A stretch of 38,278 bases of DNA, from positions 1 to 38,278 of the IMG/VR virus record IMGVR_UViG_3300038520_001418; one strand, written 5' to 3'. This DNA comes from a virus. Lineage: Duplodnaviria > Caudoviricetes. Positions 24,545 through 36,389 of the stretch are shown one piece after another. The translations under genes were made by a program, and so were the position numbers. The notes beneath the pieces were generated by a model, which saw nothing but the letters and a program-made list of their open reading frames with translations, did no database searches and was not told the origin of the DNA. The number at the start of each line of letters is the position of its first letter. The first letter of the stretch is position 1.

Positions 24545-26979
24545 TGAGAATACCAACATATAGAGCGCAAGTATCACCGACAGGTGAAGCACCTGGTCAA
24601 CCAATTAGAACAAGGTATAATGCGAATATAGCTGTGCAAAGCCAGCTAGATAAAGCAAAGCCCTTAAATGCCGCCTTACAAGAAATAGGTGAATTTGCAA
24701 GAGTGCGTTATGAGATGGCAAGGGATAACTTGCTTAATGAAGCAACACTTGCTGCTGATGAAAAGATTTTTGAAGCTTATAGAGACTTAAAAGATAGCAA
24801 AGACTTTAATCGTGTTTTAGATGGTGACAATCCTCTTTGGAACCAACGTATGCAAAAAGTCAAAACAGACTTGCAAAAGACATTAGGCAAGGACAAATAC
24901 AGCAACAGCAAATTTAATGCGTATTTTAATCAATCTGAATTGCGTAATCGTTTTAAGCTTAGAGGTGTTATTGATACAAAAGTAAAACAAGCTGCTGTTC
25001 AATATCGCAATATGCAAAATCAAAATTTTGCAAAAACACATGGAAACAAAGACGGCAACATTAATGATGTAAAAAATGACCTTGTTTTGCTTGACGTCAA
25101 CGCATCAAGGTTGGCTTCTCACAAAGTAAAAAATCAATCTTTTTTTGATTATAGCAAAATGAGTAAGCAATCGAGATCTACTCTTATGTTTACGGCAGAA
25201 AGAGCTTTAGTAGATTATGCTTTTAATGCTGACAATTTAAGCTCTATGCAAGTTATTGAGAATGTTGTTGATGCTGTAGTTAATAATCAAAAAACAGCAG
25301 ATAATAGCTACACGACACAATTATTAAGTCTAATAGCGCAAACCGAAGGTAAAGATGCAGCTATAAATATTATTAGAAAAGTAGCTTCTGATTCACAGTT
25401 TGTCGACAAAATAACTAATAATTTGCCATCTGATATACGAAAAGCAAAAATAAATGAATTAGAAGTAAAAACAAACGAATATCAAGACACAGTTGATAAT
25501 TTAGGTAATTACCAATTATTAGATGAGAATGTTTTAGAGGAGTTAATAGATAAAGGATCAGCATTTAAAGAGATTGCAACAGGATTAGGCAGCAAAAGCA
25601 TTGTGAATGATATTGATCGCTCCTTAAATAAAATAAATAGAAAAATTACAGACAAGGCGATTTTTAATGAATTTAATCAAATAATGCCAGTTAACCATCA
25701 AGCTTTTTATGAAAAATATGAAAAAGATCAAAAAACAGCAAATGGTGTAGCTAATTTTGAAACAGCAAAAAAAATTGTTGAAAATTACAATAAAGAATTA
25801 TCACAAAACGAAAATAATGTTGTTGGTTTTTCTTTAGAAAAGTTTGGTGAAGATTATCAACTTGCAACTAACCAAGTCATGCCTAACATTTCATTTGATG
25901 AATTATCACAGCCACCTACAGATGCAACTAGAGCAAAAGTACAATCATTAAAAAACTTTGCTGTTTGGACACAAAATAATGTTAAGCGTTCAGAAAACAT
26001 GCAAGTATTGCCTAGGAGCATAATTAATAAATTTACTGATGTACAAGCGCGAAGCAACCGACTTGGTGATTTAACGTCTTTCCAAAATTTATTTGATCAT
26101 TTTCAATCTGTTGATTTGTACGATGAAATACTTATGCAATTAGGAGAAAGCCCAGCTTTGTTAGCTGTTGGAGATTTGATACAAAGAAATAAAACAGAAG
26201 ATGCTAATTTAATACTTTCTGGCGTCAATAAATTATCAGATTCAAAAGATCTTGTTGTAAGTGATTTACGAAATTCTGAAATACATTCAAATATATTATC
26301 ACAAGTTTTTGATACAAATACTGATGTTGGTCGATCAACTGTAAGAGCCTACAGTCAAGCAGCGCAAGCTCATCAAATAGCTAAATTTGACGCAAAAATT
26401 TATGACATAGATAATTATGATGGAAATAAAGATTTAAGAAAAGAACGCATAAAATTAGATGCTTTAAATTCAATAAATGCAGTTTTAGGAATATCTTTAG
26501 GGCCAGATAGCAATCAATATGGTGGCATACAGGAAATTAACAACAGCTTAATGTTAGTGCCTGATGCTTTTACAGCGGATGATGTCGAGCATTTTATATC
26601 TAATTTAAATAATGGCGACATTATTAATAGTGATGAAAGCATGGGTCTAACAGTTGATCCAAACACACTTAGAGATATTAGAGGTGGTGGTGATTTTGAA
26701 TTTAAACCTATTTCAGCAAGTGAGGGCAGTAATTTATATGTTGCTTTTAAAAGAGAGCAAGACGGTCAATTAACGCTTGTTTCATTATTTCGTGATAAAG
26801 TTGAAACAGATGTTCATGCTGTATTTGATTTTAATACTATAAATTTAGGTATTAAATATACAGAAAATCCAGAAAATAATTTGTCAGTTATTCAAGAGCA
26901 GCCAATTGAAGGTCTTGAAGATTTTGATTTAAGAAATCAACAGCAACAATTTGAATTGCCGTCTTTTACAGGTAATTAA
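24544..26979 (+). CDS. Internal virion protein (gp15-like position)
   Basis: MRIPTY start; large and helical; position. Confidence 0.65.
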   Translation: MRIPTYRAQVSPTGEAPGQPIRTRYNANIAVQSQLDKAKPLNAALQEIGEFARVRYEMARDNLLNEATLAADEKIFEAYRDLKDSKDFNRVLDGDNPLWNQRMQKVKTDLQKTLGKDKYSNSKFNAYFNQSELRNRFKLRGVIDTKVKQAAVQYRNMQNQNFAKTHGNKDGNINDVKNDLVLLDVNASRLASHKVKNQSFFDYSKMSKQSRSTLMFTAERALVDYAFNADNLSSMQVIENVVDAVVNNQKTADNSYTTQLLSLIAQTEGKDAAINIIRKVASDSQFVDKITNNLPSDIRKAKINELEVKTNEYQDTVDNLGNYQLLDENVLEELIDKGSAFKEIATGLGSKSIVNDIDRSLNKINRKITDKAIFNEFNQIMPVNHQAFYEKYEKDQKTANGVANFETAKKIVENYNKELSQNENNVVGFSLEKFGEDYQLATNQVMPNISFDELSQPPTDATRAKVQSLKNFAVWTQNNVKRSENMQVLPRSIINKFTDVQARSNRLGDLTSFQNLFDHFQSVDLYDEILMQLGESPALLAVGDLIQRNKTEDANLILSGVNKLSDSKDLVVSDLRNSEIHSNILSQVFDTNTDVGRSTVRAYSQAAQAHQIAKFDAKIYDIDNYDGNKDLRKERIKLDALNSINAVLGISLGPDSNQYGGIQEINNSLMLVPDAFTADDVEHFISNLNNGDIINSDESMGLTVDPNTLRDIRGGGDFEFKPISASEGSNLYVAFKREQDGQLTLVSLFRDKVETDVHAVFDFNTINLGIKYTENPENNLSVIQEQPIEGLEDFDLRNQQQQFELPSFTGN

Positions 26980-26980
26980 C

Positions 26981-28972
26981 ATGGTAGTTTTTACAGGCAA
27001 AACAGATACTTCTATTTACAAATTTGCGCCTAAAACAGCAAGAGGTGCATATTCATTTGTTGATAATTATAGTATGTCAAAAAAACTTTTTGATGTTTTA
27101 AATGCAAGTGATGCCGCTGGGAATGCCTATACAGAAGTATTAGATCCTATTGTCGCAACTATTAATAAACGAGCTAAAGAAAACAATTTAGATATTCCTG
27201 ATAATCCTGATGCATCAGCAGCTTCAAGATGGTCGGATATAGACATTAAAAAAACTTTAACTGAGCCTGGCATATCTTATAAAAAACAGATTGTTAATCC
27301 TGGTTTAGCAATGGTGGGTTATTCGTCTATTGATGAAATTTACGGAAATGATAGCGAAGCTAAGTTTAGCAATAGCTTAAATATCATGCTTGATTTTATA
27401 CAACAATATCCAGATATATATCCAGAATATCAAAAGCTTACAAAAGAAAGTTTAGCTGAAGAAGTAAAAGCACATGTATTGTCTATTAAAGAAGAAGCAG
27501 AAGATATAGAAACTTTATCTCCTGGTTTATCTAAAATGATTGCAAGGTTTAGCGGTTCTGTTGGAGGTGCCGTTGGCGACCCTATTGTTCAAGGTTCGTT
27601 ATTAGCTGGTATAGGCACATTAGGAATTGCAAGATTAAGCACAGTTATGCTTACAGAAGCAGTTATTGGTGCAGGTTCAGAAGCTGTAATTCAGCAAGAC
27701 GTTAAAGATTGGCATGAATCATTAGGATTAGAAATATCGTTAGGCGATATGTTAACAGCAATAGCAGCAGCTGGTGTTGGCGGTGCAGCTATTCCAGGCC
27801 TTTTTTATGTTGGTGGTAAGGCTATTACTTTAACAGCTAAACAAATGACATCAGGCTATGAAGCATTTAGAAAAGGTGGTTTGTTAAAAAGAAACGCTGT
27901 TAGAGATCAGCAAGAAGTACAACTACAAGCACAAAAAGCACAAGAAGAAAACAATAATATTTACAAAGATGTAAGAGAAAAAACTGCTAAAGCTAATGAA
28001 GCAAGGGCAGAAAACATAGCTAAAGAAAAAGAAGCACTAAACGCACAATTTGAATTTAGGCCAAGTAATGTTCCTAATAGGCCAAAAAATATTGTTGCTG
28101 ATGAGGTAAAGCTTGAAAATATAAAAAAGTTACAAGGTAAAATAAAAACACTTGCTGAAACTTTGCCAAAGGGAAAAGCTCGTAAAGAGATTGAAAGCCT
28201 AAATGAAATTGTTTCAAAAGATGTTATTCAGCAAATAGAAAAAGCTATAGCTCAAAAACAATCAGCTGATATTTTTCCTTGGGCTAAAACAGAAATTAAT
28301 CGTGCAGAAGCAACGCCAGAAGAATTATTAGCATCAGATTTGACTAATATTAAAGTAGAAGAAGCTCTTAATGTTATTGAAGAAGCTAAGTTATTTCCTT
28401 GGATAAAAAGTGAGTTAGGTCGTAGAACACAGCAAATAAAAAATATTGAGCTTGAAACAGCAAAGCCAACGCCTGTTAAACCTTTAACAAGCGAAAAAGT
28501 TAACAAAATTGTTAAAAATAATCCAAAAGTTTTAACTATGTCTGAAAAAGAATGGGGGGAATATAATCCTTTTAATCCTGACGGCACTAAAAACATGAAG
28601 GAATTAGGTATTTCTGATGATGATACTTTTTTAGATGTAGCTCTTTTAAGACAGCAAGCTACTTCTAAAACCAAACAAGTTGTGCGTGAAAATGAAATAG
28701 TACCGTCTAGTCAGGCAACAGGAAATAAATTTACTGACGATGCTGATAGTTCAGAAGCTTTTGATGATGTTAGTGAAGGCATTGAAAAAGAATATCCTGA
28801 TTTAGAGAGAGAAGTTTTAGAAAACCAAGAAAATCCAGATGAAATTTTTCCGCTTACAGAAACATTAGAAGATGGAACGGAAGTTACTAGAGAGGTTTCT
28901 CTTAGCACAATAAAAAAAGAAAAAGAAACTGATGACATTTTAGAAAAGATAGTAAGTGAGTGTGCTAGATGA
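26981..28972 (+). CDS. Internal virion protein with hydrophobic Gly/Ala segments
   Basis: Position; membrane-spanning-like central region; start reset to MVVFTG. Confidence 0.6.
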   Translation: MVVFTGKTDTSIYKFAPKTARGAYSFVDNYSMSKKLFDVLNASDAAGNAYTEVLDPIVATINKRAKENNLDIPDNPDASAASRWSDIDIKKTLTEPGISYKKQIVNPGLAMVGYSSIDEIYGNDSEAKFSNSLNIMLDFIQQYPDIYPEYQKLTKESLAEEVKAHVLSIKEEAEDIETLSPGLSKMIARFSGSVGGAVGDPIVQGSLLAGIGTLGIARLSTVMLTEAVIGAGSEAVIQQDVKDWHESLGLEISLGDMLTAIAAAGVGGAAIPGLFYVGGKAITLTAKQMTSGYEAFRKGGLLKRNAVRDQQEVQLQAQKAQEENNNIYKDVREKTAKANEARAENIAKEKEALNAQFEFRPSNVPNRPKNIVADEVKLENIKKLQGKIKTLAETLPKGKARKEIESLNEIVSKDVIQQIEKAIAQKQSADIFPWAKTEINRAEATPEELLASDLTNIKVEEALNVIEEAKLFPWIKSELGRRTQQIKNIELETAKPTPVKPLTSEKVNKIVKNNPKVLTMSEKEWGEYNPFNPDGTKNMKELGISDDDTFLDVALLRQQATSKTKQVVRENEIVPSSQATGNKFTDDADSSEAFDDVSEGIEKEYPDLEREVLENQENPDEIFPLTETLEDGTEVTREVSLSTIKKEKETDDILEKIVSECAR

Positions 28973-31488
28973 GTTATAAAAAATGTGTAACAGATAATCT
29001 TTCTAAGGAAACAGAGGGTGTTACAGAGCAACAGCGCATACAGTACAGAGATGATCTATTATCTAAATATGATCAGTATTATGATGAGTTTGTGCAAACA
29101 ATGAACCCTGCACGCGCTTCTGCTAAAGCCGCAGAAAAAACAGCTAAACAAAAAGCGTATGAGAAAAGACTAAGGCAATACCGTAAATTATTACAATATT
29201 CTGCTTGGTCGCAAATTAAAAAAGACATGAATAGTTTTCGCACATTAATAAAAGGCGAAAAAGATATTTATGAGGGGGCTAAAGCTATCTTTACATATGA
29301 TCAAGCTTCTAAATTTACTGATTTGCACACAATGACAATGACAGTAGAGCAAGATGCTTTAAGACGTTTAGATGGTTTTTTAGGTGAGTTTAAGCGCGAT
29401 ATTCTTACAAGGGTTAGAAACAAAGAAGAGTTAGATGATGTTGTTCGTAGAATATTAGGAGATAATGCTGCTGGTACAAAAGAAACAGCAAAATTTGCAG
29501 ATGCAGTTACTAAAGTTTTTGAAGATTTACGTAAGCGATATAATCGCGCTGGTGGCACAATTGGCAAAATAGATAATTATTTTCCAGTAACGCACAACAC
29601 TTTAGCTGTAAGAAATGTAGATTTTAAAGATTGGTATGAATTTATTGCGCCAAAACTTGATCCTCATAAAATGATTAACAATAAAACAAACGAGGCTTTT
29701 GGCAATGATAAACAGGCACTGTATGAAGCTTTAGAAGCAGTTTATGAAAGTATTAGTACAAATGGTATGAATCAAGTTAATCCTGGTCAAAGCGGATTTG
29801 CAAAATCTATTGCAAATAGAAGGGCCGACCATCGCTTTTTAGCTTTTAACAATGCTAATGATTTTTTAGATTATAATGAAAAATATGGAGAAGGTAATCC
29901 ATTTGATATTATTTTAGGTCACATTACGAGCATGTCTAAAGACATTGCTATAATGGAAAGATTAGGCCCAAATCCTAATGCCACTGTTAAGTATATACAG
30001 CAAACCTTAGAAAAAAATACGCAACTATCTAAAACTAAAAAAGGTGAGTTTCAAAAATTAGATCAAAAATCAAAAAAGGCAATTCAGCGTGTTAGTGATT
30101 ATTACGAATATATTACTGGCGATGCTAACAACCCTGTTAATTCTGTTATGGGTAATTGGTTCGCTGGTTTAAGAAATTTATTAACGTCTGCACAATTAGG
30201 TGGTGCGTTTATATCAGCTATAACAGATCTTAATAGTTCAAGAGTTACAAGAGCGCATATCGGTTTATCTCAATGGAATACATTAAGAGATGTTGTACGC
30301 TTAATGGCCGTTGGTCAAAAAGGTATAGATAGGGGTAAGGTAGCTGTACGTTTAGGTCTTATATCTGAAGGCTGGACAGCATTGGCAAGTCATCAAATGA
30401 GAATGGTTGGTGAGTTTACAGGGCCAGAGCTAACAAAGCGTATTTCAGATATTGTGATGAAAACATCTTTACTATCTCCCTGGACACAAGCAAATAGATG
30501 GGCTTTTGGTCAGGAATTTCTTGGATTTATGGCAGATAGTGCTGGCAAAACATTTGACCAGTTAGACGAGCCGTTTCGTAAAACATTAGATGCTTATGGG
30601 TTTGATAGTCAATTATGGGATACCATTAGAGTTACTAAAAAATATATTGAGCCTGACAGTAAAGCTGATTTTTTTAGCATAGAAAATTTAAGACAAAGAA
30701 CAGATTTATCTGCAAGACAAAAAGATCAATTAGTAAATCGTGTATTAGGCATGATTAATACTGAAACAAACTTTGCTGTTCCTAGCTCATCGCTCAAGGG
30801 TCGTACATTTTTTGCTGCAAACACAAGGCCAGGAACGATACCAGGTGAGTTAGCAAGATCTGTTCTTATGTATAAGAATTTTGGCGTAACCGTTATTAAT
30901 ACGCATATTATGCGTATGATTTCGCAAGCTGGCTTTATGAACAAAGGTGCTTATTTTGCAAACTTTATTGTGGCTTCTACTATTTTGGGTGGTGTTGCCT
31001 TGCAAATGAAAGATGTAGCTAGAGGTCGCGATCCTAGACCTATTAATGAAAAATTTATTATTGCAGCTATGGCTCAAGGTGGAGGATGGGGAATCTTTGG
31101 AGATTTTTTATTTTCAGACATGAATAGATATGGCAGAGGCGGCATGTCAACATTATTAGGCCCTATTTATGGCTTTGGAGAAGATACTTTTCGGCTAACG
31201 CTTGGAAACATTCAACAGCTTTTTAAGAGAGAAGATACTAAATTTGCTTCTGAGCTTGTTGATATGTTTTCTAAATATTCGCCTGGCAGTTCTCTTTGGT
31301 ACACAAGGCTTGCATTGGAGCGAATGGTTTTAGACCAAATGAAAAAACTTACAGACCCTGATGCTCAAAAGAAAATGAACAGATATATGAAAAAACGTAA
31401 GAAAGAATACGATCAATCTTTTTGGTGGAAAAGAGGTAAAATGTCACCAGATCGCGCACCTCAATTTGAAAATATAATAGGAAGATAG
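28969..31488 (+). CDS. Large internal virion protein
   Basis: Large helical ORF before the fibre gene; QGGGWGIFGDF. Confidence 0.7.
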   Translation: MSYKKCVTDNLSKETEGVTEQQRIQYRDDLLSKYDQYYDEFVQTMNPARASAKAAEKTAKQKAYEKRLRQYRKLLQYSAWSQIKKDMNSFRTLIKGEKDIYEGAKAIFTYDQASKFTDLHTMTMTVEQDALRRLDGFLGEFKRDILTRVRNKEELDDVVRRILGDNAAGTKETAKFADAVTKVFEDLRKRYNRAGGTIGKIDNYFPVTHNTLAVRNVDFKDWYEFIAPKLDPHKMINNKTNEAFGNDKQALYEALEAVYESISTNGMNQVNPGQSGFAKSIANRRADHRFLAFNNANDFLDYNEKYGEGNPFDIILGHITSMSKDIAIMERLGPNPNATVKYIQQTLEKNTQLSKTKKGEFQKLDQKSKKAIQRVSDYYEYITGDANNPVNSVMGNWFAGLRNLLTSAQLGGAFISAITDLNSSRVTRAHIGLSQWNTLRDVVRLMAVGQKGIDRGKVAVRLGLISEGWTALASHQMRMVGEFTGPELTKRISDIVMKTSLLSPWTQANRWAFGQEFLGFMADSAGKTFDQLDEPFRKTLDAYGFDSQLWDTIRVTKKYIEPDSKADFFSIENLRQRTDLSARQKDQLVNRVLGMINTETNFAVPSSSLKGRTFFAANTRPGTIPGELARSVLMYKNFGVTVINTHIMRMISQAGFMNKGAYFANFIVASTILGGVALQMKDVARGRDPRPINEKFIIAAMAQGGGWGIFGDFLFSDMNRYGRGGMSTLLGPIYGFGEDTFRLTLGNIQQLFKREDTKFASELVDMFSKYSPGSSLWYTRLALERMVLDQMKKLTDPDAQKKMNRYMKKRKKEYDQSFWWKRGKMSPDRAPQFENIIGR

Positions 31489-31489
31489 C

Positions 31490-34400
31490 ATGACAGTTTC
31501 ATCATCAACAAACTCTGTGATACTCAGTGCCAATGGTACAGACCATAGTTTTGCTTTCACTTTTAAGATTTTTGCAGCAAGCGATCTTAAAGTCATTGTA
31601 AGAAGTGCGGCTGGCGTTGAAACGGTCAAAACATTAAACAGTGAATATATTATTGCTGATAGCTCTGTGGGAAATGCCAATGGGGGCAATGTTCTATTTA
31701 AGTTTAATACTGGCACCTCAAGCGATGCTCATTACAGCACAACTGATTTTCGCCCTGCAAATGGTGAAAAGGTTATTTTAAGAAGAGAGCAGCCACAAAC
31801 ACAAGGTTTAGACCTTGTTGCTAATGATCCTTTTCCAGCAGAAAGTTTTGAAGAAAGCTTAGATAAATTGACCTTTATGGTTCAAGATGTACAAGAAGCT
31901 GTTGACAGATCTTTAAAATTTAGTCGTTCTAATTTATTAGATAGTTCTGGATCTCAAATAAGTTCTACTTATGTCGATATTGAAGAAGATACCACAGCTA
32001 GGGCAAACAAATTATTATCGTTTGACAGCACAGGTACACCCATTGCTACACAAGAGGTAGGTACGGCTAAAGGAGATTGGGCTGCTAGCACTGTTTATCA
32101 AGAGCGTGATATTGTAAGAGATACATCAACTAATAATTTGTTTATTGTAAATACGGCTCACACAAGTAGTGGTTCAGAACCATTAACAAGTAACGCAAAT
32201 AGCTCAAAATATACTATAATTCTTAATAATGGAGCTTACACCAACATAACTGCTTCTGGTGTTATCACTGGATCAACTATTGAGCCAACTGGAGATACAT
32301 CCTCTGGAGATAATGCTGCAATTGGTTATACAAGTGATGAAGGTTTGATTTTAACAGGTCAAGGGGCTGTTTCTGATATTACATTTAAAAATGATGTTGA
32401 TGTAACAGTTTTTACTATTCCAACAGGCACAGATGATATTTTATTTCCAGATAATGCAAAAATATTAATTGGAAGTGGTAGTGATCTAAGAATTTATCAC
32501 GAAAGTGATAATTCTTATATTGATGAAAGGGGTTCTGGTAGGCTCTATATTTTGTCAGATACACAAGTTGAGATAGGTAATGCTGGAAATGCAACAAATG
32601 CTAGGTTTAATTCTGGTGGCTCTTCAATTCTTCATTACAACAACAGCAATAAATTTGAAACATCAGACACAGGAGCTACACTTACAGGTGCATTAACTGT
32701 TTCAAGTCATGTTGTAACAAGTGAAATTCAACTTACATCTGGGCCACAACCAGATGTGAGATTTGAAAGCACATCAGGTGGAGATAGATTTGATCTTGGT
32801 ATTGATGCAACTAGTGTTTTCCGATTAAGAAATATCAATGATAGTCGAGATGATTTAAAATTCGATGGAAGTGGTGTTGCTACTTTTGGTGGGGCTGTAA
32901 ATGTTACAGGCGCATTAACTGTAACAGGTGGGATTGCAGATAGTAATCTTAACACAATTACAACAGCTGACAAAGTATCTGGTGCTGCTATTCAGATTGA
33001 TGGTGCAACAGATGGAACAAGTATCACTATAGTTGATGCTGACAAGCTTTTAATTGATGATAATGGTACAACAAAATATATTAATGCAAGTCAATTAAAT
33101 AGTTATATTTCCGCTGCTGCAAGTGCTGTTGCTGCTGATAACATTACAGCTGGTGATGCAGCAGTAACAATTACAACTACATCAGGTAATATTACAATAG
33201 ATGCTCAAGCTAATAATAGTAATATTATTTTTAAAGGTACAGATGGTTCTGTTGATACCACTTTCTTAACTATTTCTGGTGCTGATGCTGGGCAAGCAAC
33301 ATTTAATGGTAAAATTGTAGCAGATGCTGGTATTGATGTTGATGATTTTAACATTCATAATGATGCTATAACTAAATCCGCTGGTAATTTTTCATTAAAT
33401 GCAGATAGTAATATTTTATTGAATACGCACTATGATGGCTCTACATCTGGTGGCATAATTGCTTTAAAAGAAAATAATACAAATTTTGGTCAGCTTCGTA
33501 ACAACAGTGGCGAGTTACAAATAAAATCAGGGGCTTCAGATACGACAGCTTTATCATTTTCTGGTGCTGATGCTACTTTTTCTGGTACAATAAATACAAC
33601 AAGTACTAATAAACTACAATTTGGTGATAGCGGCACATATATTCATCAATCTGCTGATGGTGTTTTAGATTTAGTTTCAGATACAGAAATTGAGATTAAT
33701 GCTACGACAATTGACGTAAATGGTAATTTAGATGTAAGTGGAAGTGCTACTATTGGTAGTGATGTAACATCTGCAAGTGGTAACTTTGTTACAACAGGTT
33801 CTAATATTGCTCTAAAACATTCAAGCGGAGAAAACTTTTTTACAGCTACCAAAGATGGTGCTTCTTTCATATATCACGACGCTTATGGTATTTTAGGTAC
33901 AGTAGCTACAAATGCTGTTGCTATAGGCACGACAAACGGTAATACATTTACATTAGATACTCAAAGTACCTTTTTGGAAATAGGTAATAGTGGAATTGGC
34001 GGTGGTACAGATGCTGGTACTTTAGTTCTTTCCGCAACATCTAATGCAAATGATGAAAGAATTGGTGATATACGTTTCGCTAATGTAGCAAATGCTGATG
34101 ATGATGGCACAGATGCTGATGGTAAAATGGTTGCTAGAATCCAGACTAAATCTGTTACCTCTGACAGTAATGCTGGTGATGATAGTGGTGGTACGATTGT
34201 CTTTAGCACCAAACCTGAAGCTGGCAGCATTGCTACTGCTTTGACACTTGGATCAGATCAATCAGCTACTTTTGGTGGTGATGTAACTTTTACTGGTGCA
34301 AACTACAATGTTGTTTGGGATAAGTCTGATAATGCCCTAGAGTTTGGAGATAATGCTAAAGCTATTTTTGGTGCAGGTGGTGACTTAGAAATTTATCACA

Positions 34401-36388
34401 GTGGAAGTCATAGCATAATTAAAGATGGAGGAACTGGTAATTTACAGATTAATGCAGGAAACTTTAATGTTAATAATGTTGCAAATTCTGCTAATATAAT
34501 TGTTGGAAACGATGGAGGTGCAGTTAAGCTTTTTCATAATGGTAACAACAAACTAGAAACAGCATCTTTTGGTGCTACTCTTAGTGGTTATGCTTATATT
34601 ACGGAAAATTCAGGCACTACACAACTTTATCTAAGATCAAATTACAATAGCACTGGGCCAGCTATACAAGGAGCAACAAATCATCCTTTAATGTTTGTAA
34701 CTAATAACAGTGAAAAAATGAGGTTAGATAGCTCTGGTAATTTAGGAATTGGCACAACTTCTCCACAACAACTTCTACATGTAAGTGCAAATAATCCGGG
34801 TGGTAAGATTAGACTTGAGATGGGTCAAAGTGGTGTAGCAAATGGAGATGTTACAGGTGAAATTCAGTTCTATCATAATGACTCTAGTGGTGCAGGTGTT
34901 AACGCTGATATTAAAGGTATTTGTACGAGTGCCATAGGTGCAGGTGCTTTGACATTTGGCACAGGAACAACTTCTACAACAGAACGCATGAGGATAGATA
35001 GTAATGGAAGAGTTGGTATTGGAGAAAGTAGCCCAGATACTCTTTTGCACATTTCCGATTCTGTTTCTCCAACAATACGAATTACAAACACTGATCCAAC
35101 AGCGAGTGTGGATCAAACTATTTCAGAGATTCAGTTTGAAGGATCAGATAGTTCTACAAATGCTGATGGTATTAGAGCAAAAATTACTGCCTTATATGGT
35201 GGGGTTGGTGGATTTACTTCATTGCAGTTTTTTACAGCAGGGGAAAACACTGAAACCCTTTCAAGAATTTTAGATTTACATTCAAATAGAGCAACCATCA
35301 ATGAAGATGGTGCAAATATTGACTTTCGTGTTGAGAGTAGTGGCAGTGAAAATATGCTATTTGTGGATGCAGGTAATGACAGAGTTGGTATTGGCACGAA
35401 CAGTCCTACTTTTAATTTAACTGTGCAAAGAAATGATAATGAAACTTATAGCACAACAGGTTTTCCTAATGGCACAGGACATTTTTTTAAAAAGAATAAT
35501 TCTGGTACTGCCAATCAATATAGCAGTATTAGACTGCAAGTTACGAATGATAATGGTTCTTCAAATGCTCAAGCGTGTATCACAGCTATAAAGACTTCTG
35601 CTAGTACTCATGCAACTACACTAGCATTTCAAACAAGACAATCAGGAGGGTCTGTTGCTGAAGCTTTTAGAGTGGATGATAGCCAAAGAGTAATTGTTGG
35701 TAAGACTAGTAATTCAAGCTCTACAGCAGGTACAACACTTTATAGCAATGGTAAAATAGAAGGAGTTAGAGATGGTGATGTAGTGCATTCATTTAATAGA
35801 CTCAGCTCAAATGGCACTATTCTATCTTTTCAAAAAGACGGAACTACTGTGGGAAGTATTAATTCACGGGCAAGTTTAGTAACTACTATTATACTTGATC
35901 CTAGAAGTAGTGGATTTGGAATTACTGGAACAGGTAACGCCTTTTTTCCCACCGACGAAACAGGAAATAGCACTGATGGCACGAAGGATGTTGGTACATC
36001 TGGAAACCGCTTTGATGACATTCACGCAACCAACGGCACAATTCAAACATCAGATAAAAACGAAAAAAATACTATAGTAGACAGTGATTTAGGTTTAGAT
36101 TTTATAAAAAGACTTTCTCCAAAAAGTTATAAATTTAATAATAAAACTAGAACGCACTATGGATTAATTGCTCAAGATGTTGAAACTGTATTATCTGACA
36201 TAAGTAAATCAAGTACCGATTTTGCAGGTTTTATTAAAGATGATATTAGTGAAGACAAAGATGGTAGTCATTATCGTTATGGTCTTAGGTACACTGAATT
36301 AATTGCACCTATAATTAAAGCATTGCAAGAAGCAAATGCAAAAATAGAAACACTAGAAATTGAAGTTGCAAAGTTAAAAGGAGAATAA
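31490..36388 (+). CDS. Main tail fibre with T7 gp17-like N-terminal anchor and C-terminal S74-like chaperone
   Basis: NG...F.F.F.IF...DL; LDKLT..VQ anchor; GIGT.SP repeats; QTSD, YGLIAQDVE, LRYTELIAP. Confidence 0.92.
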   Translation: MTVSSSTNSVILSANGTDHSFAFTFKIFAASDLKVIVRSAAGVETVKTLNSEYIIADSSVGNANGGNVLFKFNTGTSSDAHYSTTDFRPANGEKVILRREQPQTQGLDLVANDPFPAESFEESLDKLTFMVQDVQEAVDRSLKFSRSNLLDSSGSQISSTYVDIEEDTTARANKLLSFDSTGTPIATQEVGTAKGDWAASTVYQERDIVRDTSTNNLFIVNTAHTSSGSEPLTSNANSSKYTIILNNGAYTNITASGVITGSTIEPTGDTSSGDNAAIGYTSDEGLILTGQGAVSDITFKNDVDVTVFTIPTGTDDILFPDNAKILIGSGSDLRIYHESDNSYIDERGSGRLYILSDTQVEIGNAGNATNARFNSGGSSILHYNNSNKFETSDTGATLTGALTVSSHVVTSEIQLTSGPQPDVRFESTSGGDRFDLGIDATSVFRLRNINDSRDDLKFDGSGVATFGGAVNVTGALTVTGGIADSNLNTITTADKVSGAAIQIDGATDGTSITIVDADKLLIDDNGTTKYINASQLNSYISAAASAVAADNITAGDAAVTITTTSGNITIDAQANNSNIIFKGTDGSVDTTFLTISGADAGQATFNGKIVADAGIDVDDFNIHNDAITKSAGNFSLNADSNILLNTHYDGSTSGGIIALKENNTNFGQLRNNSGELQIKSGASDTTALSFSGADATFSGTINTTSTNKLQFGDSGTYIHQSADGVLDLVSDTEIEINATTIDVNGNLDVSGSATIGSDVTSASGNFVTTGSNIALKHSSGENFFTATKDGASFIYHDAYGILGTVATNAVAIGTTNGNTFTLDTQSTFLEIGNSGIGGGTDAGTLVLSATSNANDERIGDIRFANVANADDDGTDADGKMVARIQTKSVTSDSNAGDDSGGTIVFSTKPEAGSIATALTLGSDQSATFGGDVTFTGANYNVVWDKSDNALEFGDNAKAIFGAGGDLEIYHSGSHSIIKDGGTGNLQINAGNFNVNNVANSANIIVGNDGGAVKLFHNGNNKLETASFGATLSGYAYITENSGTTQLYLRSNYNSTGPAIQGATNHPLMFVTNNSEKMRLDSSGNLGIGTTSPQQLLHVSANNPGGKIRLEMGQSGVANGDVTGEIQFYHNDSSGAGVNADIKGICTSAIGAGALTFGTGTTSTTERMRIDSNGRVGIGESSPDTLLHISDSVSPTIRITNTDPTASVDQTISEIQFEGSDSSTNADGIRAKITALYGGVGGFTSLQFFTAGENTETLSRILDLHSNRATINEDGANIDFRVESSGSENMLFVDAGNDRVGIGTNSPTFNLTVQRNDNETYSTTGFPNGTGHFFKKNNSGTANQYSSIRLQVTNDNGSSNAQACITAIKTSASTHATTLAFQTRQSGGSVAEAFRVDDSQRVIVGKTSNSSSTAGTTLYSNGKIEGVRDGDVVHSFNRLSSNGTILSFQKDGTTVGSINSRASLVTTIILDPRSSGFGITGTGNAFFPTDETGNSTDGTKDVGTSGNRFDDIHATNGTIQTSDKNEKNTIVDSDLGLDFIKRLSPKSYKFNNKTRTHYGLIAQDVETVLSDISKSSTDFAGFIKDDISEDKDGSHYRYGLRYTELIAPIIKALQEANAKIETLEIEVAKLKGE

Positions 36389-36389
36389 A